Origin: Piromyces finnis finn
Taxonomy: Eukaryota; Fungi; Neocallimastigomycota
Reading direction: 5' to 3'
Assembly (NCBI GenBank): GCA_002104945.1
Contig: MCFH01000002.1
Span: forward strand, 1,364,001 to 1,428,000
Length of the DNA: 64,000 nucleotides
The notes under the pieces are model-generated. The model made no database searches. It saw nothing but the letters and a program-made list of their open reading frames with translations, and was not told the origin of the DNA. Shown in pieces: positions 1-11,480 of the stretch. How positions within the stretch are numbered: position 1 is the first letter of the stretch; every line of letters starts with the position of its first letter. Position numbers and translations under genes: made by a program.

Positions 1-419
1 TGAAATTGTTAAATACATAGTATTAGAAAATGATAAATTAAATTATATTAAAACAAAATAAATAAACCATTAAATAACAAAAATAAATAATGGGATATAA
101 TAATATTATTAATATTATTATTATTTTTTTTTAATTAAAATAGTGACTATAATATATATTTATTTTTTTGATAGTTTTTTTTTTTTTTTTTCTGAATGTA
201 TAAAGCTAAACTTTTATTTATTAGGATTGTTTATTTTTTCCAAAATAAAAAAAAGAGAAAAATAAAGAGGTGAATGATAGTTATTATGAAAAATATGGGT
301 TTTGGCTATGAAATATAAATTAATATTTGATGCATCACTGTATCTATATCTATATTTTTTTTTATTAATATTATTTTTCTTTTTTCTTTTTTTTCTTTTT
401 TTTTTGTTTTTTGTTATAA

Positions 420-3284
420 TTACCATCCATTTTTTATTCTTTGTTCTTGTGTTTCAATATATGATTTAGTATAATCTTCTTCATCTCTACTATATTGTTT
501 AGGTTTATTATAACTATCATCTATTATATCTTCATCATCATCACTACCCCATCCATTATTCAATCTTTGTTGCTCTATGCTAATATTACCATTTTCTTCA
601 TATTCATTGATATAATTCATACTTTCATCTTTATGATCATAATTAATACTATAATGATTAATTGTTGAATATCTTTTACTTCTAGGTCTTTCTTGATAAT
701 AATCTGAATAGTTAGCATTATCATCTTTATCATAATTTTGGCTATCCTGACTATCATATTCATTATCATTTTCTTCATAATCATGATTATCATAATTATT
801 AGAATCATTATAATAATCATTATCGTCTTGATAACACTCATTTCTTTCATAGTCATAATCGTTACTTTCTCTTTTATAATAATTGTTATCATTATCTTCA
901 TTATATATATCATATTTATCTTCTTCATATTTATCTTCATCATAATTATAATCATTTTTATTGTATATATTTCCTTCCGATATATTGTTAGAAATTGGTT
1001 CTTCGGTAAATTGGGTATCAAAGTATTGAATATCAAATGAATCTTCAACATTTGGCTTGAAAGGAGGTTTAATTTCCAAATGATATAATTTTGTGAAATC
1101 AATCTTTTCAAAGAATGGATGATTTTCAATTTCTTTACCACCATCACAAGAACATCCTAATCTCTTATCAGAATCACGATTTAGAAGTTTTAAAATTAAG
1201 TCTTTGATATATCGAGATGGGTATTCAGGAAATTCTATCGGTGATTGTAAAATCCTTTGAACAATCTCTTCTTTTTGATTAGAATAGAATGGATGCTTTT
1301 CACATAACATTTCATATAAAATAACACCATATGCCCACCAATCACTTGCAAAGGAATATGGTTTACCACATAAAATTTCTGGAGCAATATATTCTATATT
1401 TGACATTGAACTAACTTCATCAACATTCATATAAAGTTTTGGAACAGATTGGCCAAAATCAATAATTTTAATATGGCCTTCTTTAGTTATCATAATGTTT
1501 TCTAACTTTAAATCACGATAGATAATATCATGACCATGAAGACTTTCTAAAGCTAATAATATCTCAGCAGCATAAAATCTTACTCTTAATTCTGAGAATC
1601 TTCCATACTGAGAAAGATGGAAATATAGATCACCTCCATTAATGAAATCCATAACTAAATAATTATGTTCTTCATATTCAAATGCCTGAAATATATCTAC
1701 AATAAATGGATGACTAATAGATTTAAGAATATCTTTTTCAACTTCCCACATATCTTTGTATTGGCAATTTAATATTTTGACGGCATATGGTTCTTGAGTG
1801 GCTAATTGTTTACATAGGAAAACAACACTATATTTGCCTTTACCTATAATATTTAGAGCATCAAAGTTTTCTTTAAAGTTGCTATCATCTTCAATTATAA
1901 CTTTTTGAGTTTCTGCAGCATTAGATGGTTTTAATGAGGTGACCCATTCAATAGCGTCTATAACATATTTTGCTTTGAAAAGGTATTGAGAAGATGATCG
2001 ACTTCCAGGTTTTTTAACAACAATTTGAAATACATTGTCACCCGATGAACCCGATGATTTACCTTCCATTAATTCAGCTAATACTATATCACTCACCATA
2101 ATTCTCATAATATCGCCAGATTTCCAGTTTTTAATATTAAATCCTCCATTATTATCTTTATAACACCAACTATTAAACCAATATTTACCAACTTGCATAT
2201 AAAGCCATCCTTCTTTTACAGAATTACCTATAATAACATCCTAATAATGAAATATAAAAAAAAATTTTTTTAATAATTGATTTATATTAATAAAGGATAA
2301 AAAAATAATATCTCCCAATGATTATAGTTACATTTGAATGAATAAAGTGAATGATATGTTTAGTAGCCTCTTCTTTACTATTGGACATTACATGAAGCAT
2401 GTTAAATAGTTCTTTTACTTCTGCTTCTGAATTATTCTTTTCTTCTTGTTTAGAATTCATAACTCCAAAGAAACCTGCTAATTTAGCCATTCTCTTAACA
2501 GGTTGTTCAGGATTTTCTGATGCCGTTGCAATATTATTATTAGAAACTACAGGAGATTTACACATATTTTCAGGATTATTCATTTCAGGGAAATTGCGAT
2601 TTTGAGATTTAACCTTTGGATTATTGTTCTTTAACTTAAATAAAAATATTTCATCTTTTTGCCACCGTCTCATTGTATCAAATGGTCTTTCTGAATTATG
2701 AACTTCTCTTTGATCTTATTTTTTTTTAATTTCAATAAAAAAATAAGTAAACTTTTTAATTAAATAAAATTTATATAAAAAAACTACAACTTACATCCAT
2801 TCTTCTGAGTGAATTCATATATTTGATATAATCCTTCATCACTTTCTTTAACTCCTAATTTTTCACATAATATTTTTTTTAATGTTTTACAAGTATCATT
2901 AATCGACATATTGACTGTAGTGAATGAAAAATTTGCAAAATATACTCTTATAACAACAAATTGTTGAGCATTATCCATTGCTTTTTTCTTTTTTTTAAAT
3001 ATAATATATATATATATATTATTATTATTATTATTATTCATTATTTTTTGTGTTTTAGTATATTATATATTTAGTTATTTACCGAATTATAGTTCTTTCT
3101 TATAATATTATTAAGTTCAGTATTTTCACGTTGATATGGGTTAACACCAAAGAAGTTTCCAAGTTTCTTTGCACGCTTTCCAGGCTCCTATTTTCATTTA
3201 TATATATAAAAATAAGTAATAAAATTTTAAATATATATTTTTATTTATAATTTTTTTAGTTCTTTTTCATATTCTTAATATTAG

Positions 3285-3319
<35 letters not shown>

Positions 3320-6300
3320 AATAAATCATTATTTGATGAAGAAAATTCCTTAGTTCCATTTTCATCCTATTATTGATTTTCATAATATTATATTAATATT
3401 TGAATATAATTTATAAAATTAATTATTATTTATTATATTATTACATATTTCGTTAAATCATCTTTTGAATCTTTGGAATTATCATCTTTTAATAAACTGA
3501 GTGCAGGCATAGATCCAGTTCCCATTGAATCACGTAATTTTGATAATCTTTTTTCTTTTTTACTTTTAAATATATTAAAAACTTGCGATGAAAAACGTTC
3601 ACCTTCTTTAATACTTGATGATGAACCACTATTTAGATTTAATTGATCTAAAGATCCACATTTTTTCTTTTCTAATTTTTTCTTATTGTTATTTAACTGT
3701 ATATAAATATATATTTTTTAAAAAAAAATAGGGTTATTTTTATATACATATAACTATATTATGAAATCATACATAAAAAATTGAATTTAAAAGTGTTACT
3801 ACCTTTTTGTTTCTTAAATATATACGATATATTTCTTCTTTATCTAAACTTAATATTCTTGAGAATAATTCTGAATTCTATTGAAAGTGAATAAAAAAAA
3901 TTTATTATATAATTATTTATATTAGACTTTAATACTTTATATATATAAATTTACTTCTTCTGAATATTCATTTAATGTATCACAACTATCTTTCAGCGGC
4001 TCAAATTTTATTAATTCATTTGTGCTCTTTGACGCTTTATCTTTATCCTTTTTTTTCTGTTTTGAATAGTATATAATTATAAAGAAATATTGACAATAAT
4101 TTAAGTAAAAAAAATAAAGTAAAAAAATATAATTATTATTAATAATAAACAATTTACCTTGCTCTCTTTATTATCAACAATATTATGTAAATCACTTTCA
4201 TCCGTAACACCTAATAGATTCGCTAATTTTGACATTTGTTTTGAATTCTAATTATATTTTTGTAAAGATTTTTTTATACATTAATAATAAAAAAAATAAT
4301 AATTGAAATAAATAAATGAAATTATTACTTTTCTTTTCAGTATATATTTTATTTTTTCTTCTTTATTATATAAAGTATCTGTTAATTCAAGTATATCTTT
4401 TCCTTCTTCATAGTTATCTAAATGTTTTCTTTGAATATACCAATTATTTTCTGAGTAAGGCTCATTAATAAGGAATAATAATGCTTTAATAACATCACTA
4501 CAAGTAGTTTTTTTAGTAACCATAACTTTATAATATTTTTTTTCTTCTTCCAAGTAAATTTGTAGTTTCATGGTACTTGATTTTTTTCTTATTCTGAAAG
4601 TTAGAATATTATTTGTCTTTCTATTGGAACCACTAAAGGTATTTTCTAAAATACTTTCAACATTTTCTGTTGGATCTAAAACATTTTGATATTTTCCGTT
4701 ACACTCTAATGATGAATTGCTTTTTTCTTCATCACTCTCATTTTTCTTAGTTTCGTTTTCTTCAGCAATATTGTTTTCCTCCTCTTCCTCAATAATATCT
4801 TCAAAGCCAAATACTTGTAATAAGTCGTAGTTACCATAATCCTCATATATATTTATACTATTTAGTGCCTGTTGTAAAACTTCTTCTATTGTCATTTTTC
4901 TTTCTACATAAATGACTTGTGTTTTATAATACTTTTCATATAAAATATTAATTGGAATCATAAAGTTATTTGAATCGACTCTTTGTAGAATTGAATGTCT
5001 TACGGTCTTACATAGACGTTGTTCTAACTCCTCAGAAATAGAATTATACACTTGATCTAATGGAGTGACACCTGAAGTCATGATATCATTACTTCCTAAT
5101 CCAGGAACATTGTGTTTAACATTTGTTTTTATACTTAAAGAATTTGGTTTATTGTTTTGAGTTCTAGTTGAATCCACACTTAAACTTCGGATAGATAGAC
5201 TTTCACTATTAATAATATCATCCAAACTTTCTTCTTCGAAATATTCATATAAAATATCTGTATCATACTCATTTAATCTAGATAAGCGTTTTTCATTTGC
5301 TGGTGATGATAATTTATCATTAACTGGTGCAGAAATGGGTGAACTAATAGATTCATCATCACTGTGACTACTGATAGTTGATATCGATGATTTTTTAGTA
5401 ATATGCCTCATTTCTACTGGTTTACTATTTTTATTTAATTGTTTCTTAGAAATTACTGTTGGTATAGCTACAAATGATTTAGATGATTTTGAACTCATTA
5501 TCATATCATTCTTCTTACATCTATATAGATTTGTATCACTTGTCATTTTTGTATTAATCTTCAAAGGAAGTACCTCTATTGGATGTCTGTTATTTTGATC
5601 AGACGATGCTTTTCTAGTATTATTTAAATTATTTATACTAGAAACACTATCATCTGAAACAGAATCCAAACTGGGATTCATATTTTCTTGAGAATTTGAA
5701 TTAGAATGTTCACCATTACCTTTAACATGAATGCTTTTTATATTTGCTCTAGAATTCTTTTTACTTGAAATTTTTATAAATTGTGTTTTGAATTTTTTTA
5801 CAGAATTCATTGTATTGAGTTGTGTGTCTGAAACTGCAACATGCTGTTTATCTAAGGGCTGAATAACATCTACTTTATTCAATGAACAATCTGTTTTTGA
5901 TTTAATTAGTTCATTACTTGATAATGATAAACTTTGTTTAACATCAAGTTCTTTATCATATTCATTCACATTTTGTTGTGATTGGAAATGAAATGGTTGC
6001 TTCAATGATGATTTACTATCTAATTTTATTTCATGGAATCCAGATTCATCATTAATATCGCTCTTATTAACTATATTAACATTTTCATTTTCAATAACTT
6101 TATTATTAATTTCAATATTATCATTATTTCCACTATTTTCGTTTAAACCCTCATTTTCTGGTATGTTGGAAGTAGTTCTTAATGGTGAATTCTGTGATGT
6201 ACATTGTTGAAATTCCAAGTTTTTACTAATAATAGATGGCAAGTCAGCCCGACTATTTCTTTTATTACATTTATTAAAATTTTTGTTATTCGTATTCTCA

Positions 6301-7385
6301 ACCTCAATGTTATTTTTATTTTCATTATTTTCTATTATATTTTCACTTTTATTATTGTTATATTTAACATCATCTTCATCTTTAATATTATTAGTTATTA
6401 CTGTTTCATTTTCTTTAATATTTTCTTCATCTTTAATATTATTAGTTATTACTGTTTCATTTTCTTTAATATTTTCTTCATCTTTAATATTATTAGTTAT
6501 TACTGTTTCATTTTCTTTAATATTTTCTTCATCTTCTTCTTCTATTTCACCATTATTTTGTCTAATTTTTTTAAGAAATGTTTCCATTGTCATTTCTTTA
6601 TTTGATAACTGATTTTTAAATGAATTTATTCTACTGCTTCGTGTTGTTACAGGAGTATTTGAATTGCTATTGGATGTATTCTCTTCATTATTATTAAATA
6701 ACTGACTTATAACCGTCTGAATTCTTAATTTATTATCAGCGTTTGATGCTAGTAATGCTAAACTTTCTCTTTTATACACCTGAGTACTATTAACTCTACT
6801 TCTAAATGCTTTTCTTGTCATTTTTACTGGGGGTATTTTTTCTTTCTTTTTTTCTTCTTGTATTACTTCAAAATGTCGAATTTTATTTCCTACTGATCCA
6901 GGAACTAATTTATTTTATATAAAAATTATTAAATATAAAAAATTATTAATATTTAATAATTTTTTATATTAAATATTAATTGAATAGTTTTAATATAAAT
7001 ATTAATATTTTCATTTTTTATATATTATAGAATTACCTATGTCAGTTAATTCTCCACCATTTGATTCATCTTTTTCATTATTCTGTTCATTATTATTACT
7101 TTCATCATTATTATTTTCATTATTATTTTCATTGGTATTTTTATCGAAATTTTCATTATCCTTAATTGTTAATAATGGTTTTTCTTTTGTTTCTTCTGAA
7201 TCTAGTATAAAATTTGGAGAATTAACATTTTCATTATTTTCTTTTGAATCAGGTGCACTATCATTTATTTCTAAATCTGGTAATGTTCTCGGAATATTTG
7301 AATCAGGTTCAACATTATTTGGTTCATCATTAGTTGATTCAATATTTAAATCTACAATATTTGATTTTTCTTCTATTTCATCCAT
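420..7385 (-). CDS. 11-exon AGC-family Ser/Thr kinase (Akt/SGK/Ypk-like catalytic domain) with three RA-like domains and a PH domain, about 1997 aa
   Basis: Manual splicing on the minus strand, all introns GT..AG and phase-compatible. Exons: 7385-7037, 6904-4329, 4247-4158, 4056-3955, 3877-3803, 3696-3445, 3366-3319, 3187-3083, 2987-2795, 2714-2332, 2240-420 (5994 nt, divisible by 3). Kinase motifs: GKGKYS, YAVKIL, YRDLKLEN, DFG, YIAPE, SDWWAYG, and AGC C-tail PPFKPNV...YFDTQF. PH domain: VKEGWLYMQ...IEWVTSL. RA-like segments: KTQVIYVERKMTIEEVLQQAL, YYKVMVTKKTTCSDVIKALL, FVVIRVYFANFSFTTVNMSINDTCKTLKKILCEKLGV. Confidence 0.85.
6373..6537. repeat. Coding tandem repeat, 3 x 51 nt (DEENIKENETVITNNIK)
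   Basis: Identical unit ctttaatattattagttattactgtttcattttctttaatattttcttcat starts at 6380, 6431 and 6482, inside exon 2 of the kinase gene. Confidence 0.95.
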
Positions 7386-8758
7386 ATTCTATCAATCAAC
7401 TTTTAACATTCATATAACTTATTAATAATCTGAAATAATCTGTATATACATATAATTAAACTTTCACAGATTATAAATATTTGTTTTATAATTATATTCC
7501 TATATTATTATAATTGAAAATGTGCAATTCTAAATAAAATTTTTTTAATATCAGATAATAAAATTACAAGATATTGTAAATGATTATTCCACCAAATATA
7601 TATATATAAATGTGCTTGATATTTATAATATCAAATATCTCAGTTTTAATAATTTATGATATTTTTTATGAAATAATTAAAATTATACTATAAATCTGAA
7701 TATATATTATCAAAATATAGTTCAATAAGTCCTTTATTATTATTTTCAATAATATTCCAATCAAAAAGTTATATATAAAATTATAAAATGATGTTTAAAT
7801 AAAAATTATCCATAAATATTGAAATTCCTGCAATTTTCTTTTTACTAATTATTTGTATATATCTATATATTATTATTAAATACTTTTCTTCTTTTTTTAT
7901 ATCTATTTTTCTAATTATTTAATTTAATTATATTATTCAAAATATTTTACAGATATTCTTTAATAGAGAGATACAATTCATTTTAATAAATTTTAAAAAA
8001 TAAAAGAAAAATTAAAAGTATATTAATATTAATAAATGAAAGTATAATATATAAAATTTATCAATAATGATTCCTGTTTTTTTTTAAAAAATAAAAAATT
8101 ATATAAAGTTATAATTATACAATTTTATTTTATATTAAAAATATTAACTAAATTGTATATGATAATGAGAATAAACTTTTGTATATATATATATAAAACT
8201 ACAATACTACTTATTTTTTAAGTTATTAATACAAAAGTTTTATTTTTAATATTGCTATTTATAAACTATTATTATTTTTTTTATTTATTTATTAATAGTA
8301 TTAATAAATTGTAATTTATATGCTTTTAAATGTCTTTTTTTTTTTTTTTTCTTTGCATAAATAAAATTAAGTTGAATATTGGAAGTGTTAAGAAATTCAT
8401 TATTAACCTCTTAATATTAAAAATTTTTTAAAGGTTGACATGAAAAAAAAACAGCAATTCTTATTTCTTTAATTAAATTCAATTAAATAGAATAGAAGTT
8501 AATGATAGAGTCTTTTAATGTATGATAATTATTTTTCCAAAAAAATTAAAAGCAGTAGTTATCAAGGTTTGAGTTACAGTAATTTAATATCAATAATTTG
8601 TTCAACTGTCATATTCATATAAAATGTTAATGGATAATTTATAAAAAGTTATTTCAATATGTATTTATTATTATGGAAAATAAAAGTCTTTATCTAAACC
8701 TTTATTATAATAAACTAAATTATAATAATAAAGTTAAGGTTAAAAGCAAGTTAATATC

Positions 8759-8892
<134 letters not shown>

Positions 8893-8993
8893 AAAATTAA
8901 TAAAAAATTAATTTAATTAAAATGTTTTAATTTGTTCAAATATCTTTTAATATAATTAAGGTTGTTAATTTTAACAATTTTTATTTTTTTATA

Positions 8994-10984
8994 ATGGATA
9001 ATACAAATAAAAGAAGTAATTTAGTTGTTCATAACAATTCTGAAATAATAAAACTAATTTTGAGTTTTGATAAAAATGAGAGAAATGAAGTATATAAAGA
9101 ATTGATTAAATATTGTGGTTCAGAAGATAGAAAATTTATTAAAAATGAAATAAAGCAATATAGACACAAAGGTATTTTGAAATTTTTAAGTGAATATTAC
9201 CCATAATGATAAAATGAAGATACTTGAAGTTTATTAAATATAAATTATATTATATACAAAAAATACAAAAAGATGTTATATCGCTACTACCAGAAGAATT
9301 GTCTTTATATATTCTTTCCTTGTTGGACTTTAGAACTTTAATTATTGCATCAATGGTATAAAATTTTTATAGAAAGTAAATAATACTTAATAATTATAGA
9401 AATTATTTTATGACAAATGTTATAAAAACACCAACAATAATGATTATGTTGTTAATAAAATAAAGTAATAATATTGATAATAATGGTGAAATAACGATAT
9501 TTATATATTATTATAAATAAAAATATTATCTTTTAAAAGGTTAATAAAAAATGGAATATACTGTGTAGTAATTCTGAACTTTGGAAACAACATTGCCATT
9601 TATTTTCATATCAATTGGAATTGGAATATAATTACTTTTTGAAAAATAATAATTATCAAAATATTTTTAAAATGATATATTGTAGAGAAAGTAATTACAA
9701 AAAAAAGAAATTTAATAAACATTCTCTAAATTTTCATAATGGAAAAATTATGGGAGTATATGTTTCAAGTAATAACCAACAATTAATTTCATTATCTTTT
9801 GACAGAACAATTCAAATACACGATATAAATACATTTAAATTAATAAGGCAATTTGAAACGGATACAATGAAATGCTCTTCCTTATATAATAATGAATTAT
9901 TGGTGATTGGTATATATTCTATTAGTTTTGTTTTTTTTATATAAATGTGATTTATTATTTTATAATTTTCAAAAAATACTATATATAAAATTATATAATA
10001 TATTTATAATCCTTTTTTAATATATATATATATATATTAAAGGTACTTTTAGTAGGTTAGTATATAAATATTATTATAATATACACAATGTATAATGCTT
10101 TATACAAGATATGTGTTCAAGTATTAAAAAAACTGTTATATGTATATGTAAATATACAAAAGAACCTGTGTTCTTTATAATATTAAAACTGATGATCCCC
10201 CTAAAATATTCACTGGTCATATTAACACAGTATGTGCGGTTAATATTAATAACCAATATATGATATCAGCGAGTCTTAATAAATATATTTTTGTATGGGA
10301 TTGGAAAGAAGAAAAAAGAATAAAAGAACTAAAAATACCAGATGAATATTATTATAATAGAAATGAACAAGATGATAATGCATTATTTATAAATGTAAGT
10401 GTAGTTCATTATTTAGTATTAAATTTATAGATTTATATAAATTTTTATATTTTCTAAACTCTTTAATATATTATACATATTTAAATTGATAAAACGCTAA
10501 AAAGTTTTCAGTAACTGAGTTAAAAATTAAAGATCAATTTATTATTGCTGCAATACACAATCACATATTAGTGTGGAATATTGAAAAAGATTTTGAATTA
10601 TATAAAATTATTACACTTACAGATACTATTAGATCATTTGATGTTTGCGATACTTATATTTTTGCTTCCCAAATACAGAGTTATAGTATTATACCAATTT
10701 TAGAGGAAATAGAGGAAGACATAATAGTATATAAAAATAGATCTCTTAATGTTATACAAAAAATAGTAGTAGATGAAAAACGAATTGTTTTTTGGTATAT
10801 TGAAACTTCTCAATCTTCTTCAGGAATTAACCCCAATCGTTCTTTCATTAAAATTATTAACCGTGAAGATCATAAAGAATTATTTAAATGTGAATCCCCT
10901 GGTATTAATGTCTTAAACATTAATAAAAATTCAATTGTTTATGGTGATTATTATGGTTCTATAATAATTTATGATTTTAGTTAA
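8994..10984 (+). CDS. F-box/WD40-repeat protein (Cdc4/Met30/beta-TrCP-like SCF substrate adaptor), multi-exon
   Basis: Exon 1 (8994-9171) splices to 9273, giving the F-box DVISLLPEELSLYILSLLDFRTLIIASM|VNKKWNILCSNSELWKQHC. WD40 repeats follow: FHNGKIMGVYVSSNNQQLISLSFDRTIQIHD, FTGHINTVCAVNINNQYMISASLNKYIFVWDW, and terminal IVYGDYYGSIIIYDFS*. Confidence 0.85.
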
Positions 10985-11480
10985 AATCCTCCTTTTTCCT
11001 TTTTTCTTTATATATATATATATATATATATATTATTATTATTATTATTATTTTCAACAATGAAAATAATATAATAAAATTGACAATAAATTTTATAAGA
11101 TTAAATAATTAATGAATTTAATAAAAATTTTTGATGCATATAGAAAATTCAAATAACAAAGCTTATTAAATTTTATTTATTAAATATTTAAGTTTGATAA
11201 TCTTTATATGAAATTCAATTTTGAAATTTAAGTTATTGTGTTTTAATGATTTAAGAACTTTTTACGTGTTAACAAATTTGATAAAATACATATTATTAAA
11301 AAAAATATATCATTTTTGGAATATGACATATAAATTTTAAAAGATAAAAGAATGAAATTTTAAATATTTTGTAATTAATATCTTTTAAAATCTGAATTTC
11401 TAATCTAGAAATTATTACATTTGAAATTTAATTAACTAATTAATATAATTTTAAAAACATTGAATATTATATAATATACC

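Noticed and set aside
214-426. 70-aa ORF right after the kinase stop
   Set aside because: Poly-A-derived Lys runs in the probable 3' UTR, with no domain-like content.
617-1147. Met/Ile-rich ORFs (617-1147 minus, 738-1040 plus)
   Set aside because: Alternative-frame and antisense readings of the GAT/AAT-rich kinase tail.
6204-7425. Plus-strand hydrophobic ORFs (6204-6605, 6283-6612, 7039-7425)
   Set aside because: Antisense shadows of the Glu/Asn/Lys-rich kinase exons.
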